DNA of 64,000 nt from an uncultured Actinomycetota bacterium (GCA_963839395.1 CAWIUW010000003.1:40393-104392); one strand, 5' to 3'. Shown: positions 19,487-28,930, counted from the first letter of the stretch. Notes: a model not told the origin generated them from the letters alone. Translations and numbers: made by a program.

Positions 19487-22157
19487 ATGGACGAAAGCGA
19501 GACCCCGAAGAACCTCGAGAAGGATGTCGTCCTCCGTGACGGTCGGACGGTACATCTGCGACCCGCCAGGTCAGAGGATCAAGGAGCCGTCGAGGACTAC
19601 CTGATCGGACTCTCGGACGAAAGCAGGAGACTGCGCTTCTGGTCGACATCGATCGACGTCACGGACCTAGCCGCCAAGGCGGTCAAGCCCGAGTATCCGG
19701 ACCACCTCACGCTGCTCGCGCTCACGGGCGGCGACGCCGGGCACGTGGTGGGAGGCGCACAATTCATCCGGGAGAACGCGACCAGAGCGGAGCTCAGCGT
19801 GAGCGTCTCCGACGAGCTCCAGGGGTCGGGTCTCGGATCGCTTCTGGTCGGCAACCTGGTCGATGCTGCGTACGAAGCGGGGATCGGGATGCTGGAAGCC
19901 CAAGTCCTCCCCGAGAACCACCGGATGATCGACGTATTCCGCAAGACAGGCTTCCCCATCTCCATCCGCGCGAAGCCCGGTGCCGTTTCGGTCGAGATCG
20001 CCACGGCGCCCACAGAGGACGCCGTCGCGCAGTTCGAGGAGCGGGAGGCGGTGGCGGCGGCGAGCGCCGTGCGCACCATCCTGGAACCGGAGACCGTCGC
20101 CGTGATCGGGGCTTCCCGGGACGAGGCGAGCATCGGTGGGCGCCTCCTGCGGAACCTGCTCACCCATCCCTTCAAGGGCACCGTGTATCCGGTGAACCCG
20201 TCGGCTCCGGCGGTCCAAGGGGTCAAGGCGTACGCGACGATCGACGATGTTCCCGGTCCGGTCGACGTCGCGTTCATCGCGGTGAAGGCGCCGCTCGTCG
20301 CCGAGGTCGCCGAATCGTGCGGTCGGAAGAGGCGTGCGAGGCCTCGTCGTGATCTCGGCCGGCTTCGCGGAGACAGGAGGCGAGGGCCCGGCTCGTCAGC
20401 GAGAGCTCGTCGAGATCTGCCGCCGATGGGGGATGCGGCTCGTGGGGCCGAACTGCATGGGAGTCGTCAACACGGATCCGGACGTGGACCTGAACGGTAC
20501 TTTCGCGACGATCGTGCCGGAGGCCGGATCGGTTGGGTTCCTGTCGCAGAGCGGCGCAGTCGGCATCGCCGTGATGAGCGAGACCGGCCGGAGGGGCATC
20601 GGCTTGTCTTCGTTCGTCTCCGTCGGGAACAAAGCCGACATCTCGGGGAACGACATGCTCAGCTACTGGGAGGATGACGCGCGCACCAGCGTCATCCTCC
20701 TGTACCTCGAATCCTTCGGGAACCCGCGCCGTTTCTCGCATCTCGCGCGCCGGATCGGCAAGCGCAAGCCGATCGTCGCCGTGAAGAGCGGCCGCACCCA
20801 GGCAGGCCAGCGCGCCGCGGGATCGCACACCGGATCTCTCGTCGGCGCGTCCGACCTCACCGTCGACGCGCTGTTCCGGGAGAGCGGCGTGATCCGCACC
20901 GACACACTCGCCGAGATGTTCGACGTCGCGATGCTGCTCGCGACCCAGCCGTCGCCCATCGGCAACCGCGTCGGGATCGTCACGAACGCGGGTGGGCTCG
21001 GGATCCTCTGTGCCGATACGTGCGAGGCGAACGGGCTCGTCCTGCCCCCTCTGTCCCAGGAGACCGTGGAGGAGCTTCACACCTTCCTGCCGTCCGAGGC
21101 GTCGACGGGGAACCCCGTCGACATGATCGCGTCCGCGACTGGTCAGGACTTCGAGCGAGCCGTGCTCGCCGTCGCGAGCGATCCGGACGTCGACATCGTG
21201 ATCGTGATCTACATCCCTCCTCTCGAACAGCATGTCGAGGATGTTGCCCGGGGGATCGGACAGGCTATCGGCAAGCTCGAGGGCGGCACGCCGGTTCTCA
21301 CGAGCTTCATGTCGGGGGGACAGGTCCCCGTCGACCCCGAGAGCGGGCGGGGATGGTTCCCCTCGTTCGCGTTCCCAGAGCAGGCCGCCATCGCGGCCGC
21401 TCGGGCCGTCGAGTACGGACGATGGCGAGACCGCGCCCCTGGCACCGTGCGTCGCTTCACCGATGTCCGGTCCGATGAGGCCGATGGGATCTTGGCCTCA
21501 GCCCTCTCCCGAGGGAGCGGCTGGTTGGAACCCGAGGAAGTCGACGGGTTGCTCGACTGCTACGGCATCCCGGTTGCCATGTCGAAACTGGCGATCACCC
21601 CGGAGGAGGCGGGGCGTTACGCGGCCGAGTTCGGGGTCCCGGTGGCGCTCAAGGCCATCGGCCCGTTGCACAAGAGCGACGTCGGGGGTGTTCGGCTGGG
21701 TCTCCAAGGTGAGGAGATGGTTGTCGCACATGCGATCGAGATGCAAGAGCATCTCCGAGCGATCGACGAGCCGCTGACGGGATTCTCCGTCCAGGAGATG
21801 GTCGAAGGCGTGGAGGTGCTCGTTGGCGTCACGCACGACGATGTCTTCGGGCCGATCGTCGCGTGCGGCGCGGGTGGCACGATCGCGGAACTCCTGAAGG
21901 ACGTCGCCGTGCGCGTTGCACCGGTCACGGACACGGCTGCTCGGGAGATGGTTCGTTCGCTGAAGACGTTCCCGCTGCTGGAGGGCTATCGCGGAGCGCC
22001 GCGCGCGGACGTTCCTGCCCTCGAAGAGGTGATCCTTCGGGTCAGTGCCCTTGCTTCGGACCACGAGGCGGTCCGGGAGATGGACTGCAACCCGGTGATG
22101 GTCGGGGAAACGCGAGCTGTCGTCGTCGATTCCCGCGTGCGGGTGGCGGCTTCCTAA
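19487..22157 (+). CDS. Pat-like bifunctional protein: N-terminal GNAT acetyltransferase + NDP-forming acyl-CoA synthetase-like region (one frame shift near 20325)
   Basis: ORF 19487-20677 has the GNAT text (VSVSDELQGSGLGSLLV) and a CoA-binding start (VAVIGASRDEASIGG...VYPVNP). The protein continues across AESCGRK|GVRGLVVISAGFAE into ORF 20334-22157 (607 aa), which has succinyl-CoA-synthetase-like and ATP-grasp text. Confidence 0.85.
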
Positions 22158-22248
22158 CGGCTCGGCGGACGCAGGCTCATCGTCGCCGGAGCCGAGACCT
22201 CCGAGGAAGGAGGACGCGTCCCTCGAGTCGCCCACGCCGATGCGTTGA

Positions 22249-22680
22249 TCACGGAACGAGGAGCACAGGGACATCCGCGTGATGAAGAACGTGTTCGGAA
22301 ACGCTCCCTATCCATCGTTCGACTCCACGCACCCCTCGCCGTCCCAGCACGACCAGCTCCGGAAGCCAGTCCCCGATCTCGGCAACGATCTCATCGGTCG
22401 GGTTACCGAATCGATGAGCGATCTCGACGATGTGACCGCTGCTTTCGAGTAGCCCTCGGGACTGATCCGTGAGTCGATGGACATCCTCCGCCACGCGTCT
22501 CACTCGTTCGGCCTCATCGCCAAGGGGTATGTCGTCGGGAACCAGCGAATACGGATACTCGCTGTACGACAGGACCGTGAGGAGCCTCACCTGGTCTCGG
22601 CCCGGGACGAGCAACGTGGAGGCGTGGTCACAGGCTCGGAGCGCGGGCTCGGAGCCGTCCGTCGCGAGTAGCACCTTCAT
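22249..22680 (-). CDS. Universal stress protein (UspA family)
   Basis: ORF of 143 aa with MKVLLATDGSEPALRACDHA and LVVLGRRGVRGVERWIGSVSEHVLHHADVPVLLVP. Confidence 0.9.
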   Translation of the reverse strand: MKVLLATDGSEPALRACDHASTLLVPGRDQVRLLTVLSYSEYPYSLVPDDIPLGDEAERVRRVAEDVHRLTDQSRGLLESSGHIVEIAHRFGNPTDEIVAEIGDWLPELVVLGRRGVRGVERWIGSVSEHVLHHADVPVLLVP

Positions 22681-22793
22681 CGCTGGTCACCTGGTCCCGA
22701 TTTCCGTCTCCCACTATCCCTGGCGGATCGAGTCGCATCAGACTAATCAGGCAAGCGGTTCGTTGCGTGGACCGCGGGCGACTTGCGCCGAGC

Positions 22794-22877
22794 CACGAGA
22801 TGGACTGCAACCCAGTGATGGTGGGGGAGAAGTCAGCGGTCGCCGTGGATCCCCGCGGAGGGTTTCAGGTTTCCTAG
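22794..22877 (+). pseudogene. Relic of the 3' end of a Pat/ACS-like gene
   Basis: This stretch reads HEMDCNPVMVGEKSAVAVDPRGGFQVS*, with TAG at 22875-22877. It is collinear with the true C-terminus REMDCNPVMVGETRAVVVDSRVRVAAS* at 22077-22157. No upstream coding continuation exists. Confidence 0.6.
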
Positions 22878-22890
22878 CCTCGCGGGCGCC

Positions 22891-23267
22891 CTCGTCCTCC
22901 CGCCGTTGGCCCCCCACCGCGTGAGCCGTTCGACCCTGAACGGGGGGTATCCCCGCGTGGAAGATGACGTCGAGAAGGAGGATCCGATGGCGCGATGGGA
23001 GGATTTCAGGAAGTGCCCCGGCTGCGGGCTCGACATCGCGACCGGTGAGGGCGAGCGGAGCTGCCGTGGGGAGACTGTCCGTACCTCCCCGAAGAGCTGG
23101 ATGTCTATTGCGACACGTGCCGATTCAACTTCTTCACGGGTGAAGGCAATCCATCCTGTGAGGACCCCATCACGTGTGAACACGCGGCCGAGCCCCTCCG
23201 ACACGTCGAGAACGTACGCACGTGGATCGCCCGCACGACGGCAGGTCGTGGGACGGGAAGCGTCTGA
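22891..23267 (+). repeat. Direct repeat copy 1 (leader + small Cys4 gene)
   Basis: It aligns by eye with 26092-26454. Shared blocks include gccgttcgaccctga, g.gga.gatgacg..gagaagg.gga.ccgATGGCGCGA, ggtgagggcgagcggagc, and tgcgacac.tgcc. Confidence 0.7.
22987..23267 (+). CDS. Small Cys-rich zinc-ribbon-like protein, copy 1 (one frame shift near 23064)
   Basis: ATG 22987 follows GAAGGAGGA. The protein reads MARWEDFRKCPGCGLDIATGEGERS.. and then, shifted by one nucleotide, WGDCPYLPEELDVYCDTCRFNFFTGEGNPSCEDPITCEH...GSV*, with TGA at 23265-23267. The long ORF 22906-23853 is an artefact. Confidence 0.55.
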
Positions 23268-23419
23268 CGTTTCGGATCCGAGGACGTCCGAGGCGTTGGC
23301 CTCATCGCTCCCCGCCAACCCCCATCTGAACGGTCCGAACGTCACCCAGATGCCCGCCGTTCGGCCCCCTCGCCGCCCACCCCTTCGGCTCACACTGTGG
23401 GCGAGTGAAGGAGGGGGCC

Positions 23420-23830
23420 ATGGACGGGAACGACGAGACACTCTCGCTGGTGCTCTGCTCGGGGACCGACGACCGGTTGACCGGGGCTGCCGTGTTGGTC
23501 GTCGGGGCCGCCGCGATGGAGCGCAAGGTCGAGATCCTGCTGCAGTTCTGGGCGCTCGACGCGTTCCGCGCCGATCGCATCACGAAGGACCATGGACTGT
23601 CGCCCGAGGCGGGGACCGAAGGACAGACGCTCTGGGAGTGGCACGAGGGTATGCATTGGAGCGAGATGCTCCGGCAGGCGAAGGAGATCGGCGACGTGTC
23701 GATCCACGCGTGCTCGCTCTCGATGGATCTGCTGAAGATCACTCCGGACGACCTGGATCCGCTGGTGGACGACGTGCGCGGCGTGGCCGCGTTCCTGGCC
23801 GCCGCCGGCGGTGCGATCACGTTCGTGTGA
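23420..23830 (+). CDS. DsrE/DsrF-like (DsrE_2/YrkE-type) sulfur-relay protein
   Basis: ATG 23420 follows GAAGGAGGGGG. The protein reads MDGNDETLSLVLCSGTDDRLTGAAVLVVGAAAM... and has the conserved Cys motif HACSLSMDLL. Confidence 0.8.
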   Translation: MDGNDETLSLVLCSGTDDRLTGAAVLVVGAAAMERKVEILLQFWALDAFRADRITKDHGLSPEAGTEGQTLWEWHEGMHWSEMLRQAKEIGDVSIHACSLSMDLLKITPDDLDPLVDDVRGVAAFLAAAGGAITFV

Positions 23831-23849
23831 GGAGACGGAGGTGGCAGCG

Positions 23850-24092
23850 ATGACACAGGTGACCGATGTGACCCGGTCCATCGACGCTCGGGGGATGCCC
23901 TGCCCGGGCCCGCTGATGAGTCTGATCGGAGCGATCCGGGAGGGATCGATCGGCGATGTGATCGAAGTGCTCTCGACCGATGCGGGCTCGCTGACCGACA
24001 TCCCGGCATGGGTGACGAAGGCGAGCCACGAGCTCGTCTCCGTGACCGAGACGGACGGCGGGACGAGCTTCGTCGTGCGGAAGATGAGGTAA
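23850..24092 (+). CDS. TusA-like sulfurtransferase
   Basis: ATG 23850 follows GGAGGTGG. The protein is 80 aa and has the active-site motif DARGMPCPGPLM. Confidence 0.85.
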   Translation: MTQVTDVTRSIDARGMPCPGPLMSLIGAIREGSIGDVIEVLSTDAGSLTDIPAWVTKASHELVSVTETDGGTSFVVRKMR

Positions 24093-24096
24093 CCCG

Positions 24097-25261
24097 ATGC
24101 CGGCGAGGATCGTGGTGCTCGGCGGCGGGGTCGGGGGTACCTTGACGGCCAACCTGCTCTCGAAGGAGCTCGGCCGGGAAGCGCAGGTGACGGTGGTCGA
24201 TCCGACCGGCATGCACGTCTATCAGCCCGGCTTCCTGTACCTGGCGCTGGGCGAGGCGAACGGACGATGGCTCGCGCGCGACGAGCGCACGTTGCTCCGG
24301 CGTGACGTCGATCTCGCGATCGAGCGGGCGGTCCGGATCCATCCGGACGCGGGCAGCGTCCAGCTGGAACGAGGCGGCAGCCTGGACTGGGACTACCTGG
24401 TGATCGCGACCGGCGCGCGGCTGGTCCCGGAGCAGATCCCCGGACTCGCCGAGGGAGCGTTCGGCTTCTACTCGCTGGAGGACGCCGAGCGCCTCCGCGA
24501 GGAGCTCAGGCGCTTCCGGGGGGGACGGGTCAAGGTGGGCGTGGCCGGCATCCCATACAAGTGCCCGCCGGCGCCGGTGGAGTTCGTCTTCATGCTCGAC
24601 CAGTTCCTGCGGCGCCGCGGTTTGCGCGAGCGGAGCGAGATCACCCTCCTTTCCCCGCTGAACCGGGCGTTCACGATCGAGAGCGCTTCGAAGCTGATCC
24701 AACCGATCATGTCGGCACGGGGGATCGCGCTCGAGACGTTCTTCAACGTCGAATCGGTGGATGCCTCGGCCGGCGTCGTGAGCTCGCTCGAGGGCGACAA
24801 GGCCGAGTACGACCTGCTCGTGCTCGTGCCCCCGCATCGGGGACAGGGAGTGATCGACGCCTCCCATCTGGGCGACCCGGGAGGGTGGATCCCCACAGAC
24901 CGCCACACGCTCCAGGTGAAGGACCAGGAACGGATCTTCGCGATCGGGGATGGGACGGACCTCCCGATCTCGAAGAGCGGGTCCACCGCGCACTTCGAGG
25001 CACCCGTGGTGGCCAGCCGGATCGCGTCACTGGTTCGAGGCACGGCGCCGCGGTCGAACTACGGCGGCCGCGTCATGTGCTTCCTCGAGACCGGCGACGG
25101 CCGCGCGACCACGCTGCGGTTCGACTACGAGCATCCGCCGGTCCCGCCACAGCCGAATCGGATGTGGCACGCCGCGAAGTGGCTGTTCAACCGCCTGTAC
25201 TGGGAGACGGTGCCCCAGGGACGGCATCCCCGAGCGGGCGATGCGCGGAGGAAAGGAGTGA
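24097..25261 (+). CDS. Sulfide:quinone oxidoreductase-like FAD-dependent oxidoreductase (3' frame shift near 25225)
   Basis: ORF 24097-25365 has the Rossmann motif IVVLGGGVGG and Cys motifs IPYKCPPAPVEF and VMCFLETGDG, plus IFAIGDG. The natural end ...YWETVPQGRIPERAMRGGKE* is in the frame of ORF 24950-25261. The stop at 25259-25261 sits 3 nt before the next ATG. Confidence 0.85.
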
Positions 25262-25264
25262 GCG

Positions 25265-25498
25265 ATGAGCGCGACGATCGTGACGACGCTGGACATGAAG
25301 GGGTTCGCCTGCCCGCTGCCGATCGCGAAGACGGCACAGGCGATCCGGGAGCTCGCCGTCGGTGACCTGCTCGAGGTCCTGGCGACGGATCCCGGGTCGG
25401 TCCCCGATTTCGCGGCGTGGTCCGGCTCGACCGGCCACGAGCTCGTCGAGCGTTCGGAAGAAGACGGCGTGTTCCGATTCCTGATCAGGAAGGGGTGA
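25265..25498 (+). CDS. TusA-like sulfurtransferase
   Basis: ORF of 77 aa with the motif DMKGFACPLPIAK. The RBS GGAGGAAAGGAG lies upstream. Confidence 0.85.
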   Translation: MSATIVTTLDMKGFACPLPIAKTAQAIRELAVGDLLEVLATDPGSVPDFAAWSGSTGHELVERSEEDGVFRFLIRKG

Positions 25499-25503
25499 GC
25501 GAC

Positions 25504-26035
25504 ATGGCGGCAACGGCGGAAGCCGTTCGAGAAGCGACCGAGCGAGAGGCTCCACCACGTCCCGCATCGGAAGCTGGTGATCATGGCCTGGAGCGGCGAT
25601 CTCGACCGAGTCTGGCCGACCTTGATCCTCGGTACCAGCGGGGCTGCGATGGGGATGGAGACCACGATCTTCTTCACCTTCTGGGGGCTCTTCCCGCTCG
25701 TGAAGGACGACGTGCGGATCACCGGCGACAACTGGATGCAGAAGCTGCTGTCCACGATGGACCGGCCCGGCCTCGAGCACGTGAAGTTGGGGAAGATGAA
25801 CTTCGCCGGCGCGGGCCCGGCGATGATGCGGAAGCTCGCGAAGGAGCATCACGTCGCGAGCCCGGAGGAACTGATCGAGCTCGCGAAGGATCTCGGGGTG
25901 AAGCTCGTGCCGTGTCAGATGACGATGGATCTGCTGGGTCTGCATCGTGAGGATCTGATCGACGGCCTCGAGGAGCCGGCTGGCGCCACGACGGCGTTGG
26001 TCGAGGCCCAAGACGCGATCACGCTGTTCATCTGA
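25504..26035 (+). CDS. DsrE/DsrF-like (DsrE_2/YrkE-type) sulfur-relay protein (probable 5' frame shift)
   Basis: ORF 25577-26035 reads (K)LVIMAWSGDLDRVWPTLILGTSGAAMGMETTIFFTFWGL and has the conserved Cys motif VPCQMTMDLL. An RBS plus ATG 25504 (MAATAEAVREATEREAPP) is in another frame, so a shift is required before 25577. Confidence 0.78.
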
Positions 26036-26091
26036 CGGGCTACGAACGTGCCCTGTCCGATCCGGTCTCTCAAAGAGGGAGCCTCAGAGGC

Positions 26092-26454
26092 CGGCTCCTC
26101 CCCTTCGCCGTTCGCCCTGGGCCGCGTGGGCCGTTCGACCCTGACCGGGAGTGTCCACGCGCGGAGGATGACGCTGAGAAGGTGGAACCGATGGCGCGAG
26201 GAAGGGACTTCAGGACCTGCCACCGTTGCGGGATCGACATCGCGGTCGGTGAGGGCGAGCGGAGCTCATGGTGGGACGGGGCGGATCTCCCCCTGGATCT
26301 GGACGTGTACTGCGACACATGCCGGCTCCAATTCTTCATGTGCGAGGCCAATCGTCCGGGCGACCCCGCCAGCATCCGCGGTTACGAGGTCGGGCCGCTC
26401 TCCCGCGTCGAGAACAGGCGGAAAGAGATGGCGCGCCCACGCGACCGTTCGTAG
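26092..26454 (+). repeat. Direct repeat copy 2 (leader + small Cys4 gene)
   Basis: See copy 1. Both the roughly 95-nt non-coding leader and the coding part are conserved. Confidence 0.7.
26191..26454 (+). CDS. Small Cys-rich zinc-ribbon-like protein, copy 2
   Basis: The protein reads MARGRDFRTCHRCGIDIAVGEGERSSWWDGADLPLDLDVYCDTCRLQFFMCEANRPGDP.... It carries two CxxC pairs and is a paralogue of 22987-23267. Confidence 0.6.
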   Translation: MARGRDFRTCHRCGIDIAVGEGERSSWWDGADLPLDLDVYCDTCRLQFFMCEANRPGDPASIRGYEVGPLSRVENRRKEMARPRDRS

Positions 26455-26461
26455 CGTTCGC

Positions 26462-27883
26462 CTACTCCGAGACCTCGCGCAGGATCCGATCGATCACACC
26501 GAGATGCGCGCCGAGGAAGTGCGGGGGCAAGAAGCGGTTCCTGACCCGCTCACGGGCCGCATGGCCGACCGCTTGGGCGAACCCGAGATCCGCGATGAGC
26601 GATGAGATCGCCTTCCCCAGCGAGGGCAGGTCTGTCGGTGCGATCAAGAGACCGCTTCGGCCGTCCATGATCTGATCCTGGATCCCTCCGACGCGGCTGG
26701 CGACGACCGGCCGCTCTTTCCACATCGCCTCGGTCACCGTGAGACCGAAGCCCTCCGCGAGGCTCTTCTGCACCACCACGTCGACCTTGCGCTGCAGGGC
26801 GTTCACCACGACCGCATTCTCGATGCGGTCCTCGACCGGGAGGTTCACGAGATGGATCCGTGCGCGCGGTCTCGCCGGAAGCCGCTGCCATGCCGCGAGG
26901 GCCTCGGCGAAGACCTCTGCGCCTTCCGGATCGTCTGCGACGGAGGCGGTCGCCGGCCCGACCAGCAAGAGGTGAGCGCCGAGGTTCGGCCGCACATGTC
27001 GCGCGAACCCCTGCAGGACCCCGACGGGGTCTTTCAGTCGGTCCCAACGAGATACCTGGGCAACGAGGGCGGCATCCACGGGGACCGGCCCCTCTTCGAC
27101 TCTCTCCGCGTCTCGATGGACGCGAACCGAACCGACGCCATCGATCTCGACACGAGCCTCTGATGGCTCAGATACCGTCAGAACGCCGGCGGCACCGAGG
27201 ATGGCATCCGCCTCCGAGGCTTCTATGTCAGCGTTCTTCGGCGATACGGGATCGATGCAAGGTGGGATCACGGAGACCTTCCGCCGGTCGAGCCCTCTCC
27301 AGATGTACGCGCGCCGCGAGAACACCGACGCGTGCGCCCGTTCGATGTCGGGGCGCAGGAATTCCCACGCGGAGCGAACGATGTCGGTCGGGGTGTCAAC
27401 GCCGACGTGACAAACCCATTCCACGCCTAGCCCCGTGTCTGCGAGTGGGCCGGCGAGGCCGGCGGTCTGAGGATCGTGCAGGATAGCGATGTCGCCGGGG
27501 CTGACGAGATCGAGCAGCGGGGCGAGCTCCCTGCGAAGCACGCCCATGTACATCTCCCGCTCCTTCTCCCCGAGGGGGCCGCCGTCACCCTCGGATCCGT
27601 GCAACCGGTTGTGGAGCCGCTTCGTCACCCAGAAGAAGTCCTGGTCTCCCTCGACCACGATCCATCGGCACCGGATCCCTCCCTCGATCAGATAGCCGAG
27701 CAGTTGATGGAGTAGCTCGGAGACTCCTCCGCCTTCAGAGGTCGAGTTCACGTGCCAGAGCGTTCGGCCTTCGAGTCGGTTGGCGACCGTGCCGAGGACC
27801 GATCGGAACTTCTCGAGATGGGACGGCCGGACCAGTCCTTCAAGCTGGGCGAGCGATCGTGTCTCGAGCGCGACTTCCCTCAA
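26462..27883 (-). CDS. GT4-family glycosyltransferase, trehalose-synthase (TreT)-like
   Basis: The start is TTG 27883, 8 nt after GGAGGG, giving MREVALETRSLAQLEG. Other text includes WHVNSTSEGGGVSELL, VSRWDRLKDPVGVL and SLAEGFGLTVTEAMWKERPVVASRVGGI. The 5' 250 codons of ORF 26462-28633 are Arg/Asp-rich antisense text of the next gene. Confidence 0.85.
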   Translation of the reverse strand: MREVALETRSLAQLEGLVRPSHLEKFRSVLGTVANRLEGRTLWHVNSTSEGGGVSELLHQLLGYLIEGGIRCRWIVVEGDQDFFWVTKRLHNRLHGSEGDGGPLGEKEREMYMGVLRRELAPLLDLVSPGDIAILHDPQTAGLAGPLADTGLGVEWVCHVGVDTPTDIVRSAWEFLRPDIERAHASVFSRRAYIWRGLDRRKVSVIPPCIDPVSPKNADIEASEADAILGAAGVLTVSEPSEARVEIDGVGSVRVHRDAERVEEGPVPVDAALVAQVSRWDRLKDPVGVLQGFARHVRPNLGAHLLLVGPATASVADDPEGAEVFAEALAAWQRLPARPRARIHLVNLPVEDRIENAVVVNALQRKVDVVVQKSLAEGFGLTVTEAMWKERPVVASRVGGIQDQIMDGRSGLLIAPTDLPSLGKAISSLIADLGFAQAVGHAARERVRNRFLPPHFLGAHLGVIDRILREVSE

Positions 27884-28030
27884 ACAGCATCCCTCCAGGT
27901 CAGCGGATGATGTCAGGAACGAGCCGTGAAGGCCGCGATCGGTCCCGTTCGAAGCGGGACCGTCGGCCCCCCGTTGCCAAGGACCCTGACCTACGCTCGG
28001 ATCGTCACGAGATGACGAGAGGTGAGATCG

Positions 28031-28903
28031 ATGGTGGCGGATCTGGTTCAGGAGGATAGACGGCATGACGTACTCGTTGCTCGGGATGTCGAGGGTCAGA
28101 GAGCGAAGCCCGGTCTTCGCGCCGCCTACGGGCTTTCCGGGGTGATCGCGGTCCTGATGGTGGTGGCATCGGCAGCCGGTCTGCTCATCGACGGGCTGTA
28201 TCGCGATGGTCCTTGGGCTCGAGAGGCCCTTCGAGGAGGGGATCTGACGACGATGGTGGTTGCGGTGCCGATCCTCGTCACGTCGCTGCTGCTCGCGAGA
28301 CGAGGTTCCCGCGCGGCTCAGGCGGTGTGGCTCGGCGCGCTCGCGTACTCGCTCTACAACTACGCCTACTATGTCTTCGGGGCGGAGTTCAACGACATCT
28401 TCGTTCTGCACATCGCGCTGTTCGCGCTGTCGATCATCACGCTCGTACTTGCAGTGGCGAACGTCGACGTCGACGCGATCGCAGCTCGGTTCCGGGGAGT
28501 CAGGGGGACCAAGTGGATCGGGGGATTCCTCGCGGTCGTGGGAGCGGTCCTGGGCGGGCTCTGGGTATTCCTCGCGATCCGCTTCGCGATCACCGGTGAG
28601 CTGATGGCCGACATCCCGACCGACGGGCTCCACCTCGTGTTGGCGATCGACACGTCGTTGTTGGTCCCGGCGCTCGTGATCGCCGGGGTGCTGCTCTGGC
28701 GGCGCACCCCCGACGGGTACGTGTTCGGAACGGCGATGGCTGTCATGGGCGCCATGTACCAGGTGAACCTCTTGATGGCGGGCCTGTTCCAGGCGAACGC
28801 GAACGTGCCGGGGGTCGAGGCATTCCCGTTGGAGGGCATCGTGCTCGCAACCGGTTTCGCGCTGGCCATGCTGGCGCTCCTACTACATCGCGAGCGGAGA
28901 TGA
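28031..28903 (+). CDS. Polytopic membrane protein (hypothetical)
   Basis: ATG 28031 follows GAGAGG. The protein has about 7 hydrophobic segments. No motif was recognised. Confidence 0.72.
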   Translation: MVADLVQEDRRHDVLVARDVEGQRAKPGLRAAYGLSGVIAVLMVVASAAGLLIDGLYRDGPWAREALRGGDLTTMVVAVPILVTSLLLARRGSRAAQAVWLGALAYSLYNYAYYVFGAEFNDIFVLHIALFALSIITLVLAVANVDVDAIAARFRGVRGTKWIGGFLAVVGAVLGGLWVFLAIRFAITGELMADIPTDGLHLVLAIDTSLLVPALVIAGVLLWRRTPDGYVFGTAMAVMGAMYQVNLLMAGLFQANANVPGVEAFPLEGIVLATGFALAMLALLLHRERR

Positions 28904-28930
28904 CTTGATCGACGATCGAAGAGAGGAAGG

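Noticed and set aside
22158-22248. Hairpin cggctcggcggacg...cgtcgccggagccg between the convergent ACS and USP genes, considered as a bidirectional terminator.
   Set aside because: The stem has several mismatches when paired carefully, so it is not reported as a feature.
22906-23853. 315-aa plus-strand ORF spanning the small Cys4 gene and the first DsrE-like gene.
   Set aside because: Only its first ~27 codons after the internal ATG 22987 (MARWEDFRKCPGCGLDIATGEGERS) are protein-like. The rest is out-of-frame read-through. The paralogue at 26191-26454 and the RBS-preceded ATG at 23420 show the real gene structure.
22891-26454. The idea that the two ~370-bp direct repeats are IS/MITE ends or att sites of a mobile element carrying the sulfur module.
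   Set aside because: The repeats are diverged by roughly one third by eye. They encode a gene plus leader rather than terminal inverted repeats, and no recombinase is present. A gene duplication explains them better, though recombination between them remains possible.
27884-28633. N-terminal 250-codon extension of the glycosyltransferase ORF (26462-28633).
   Set aside because: The extension is Arg/Asp/Glu-rich and antisense to the membrane-protein gene at 28031-28903. A TTG start preceded by GGAGGG at 27883 gives a normal-length GT4 enzyme.
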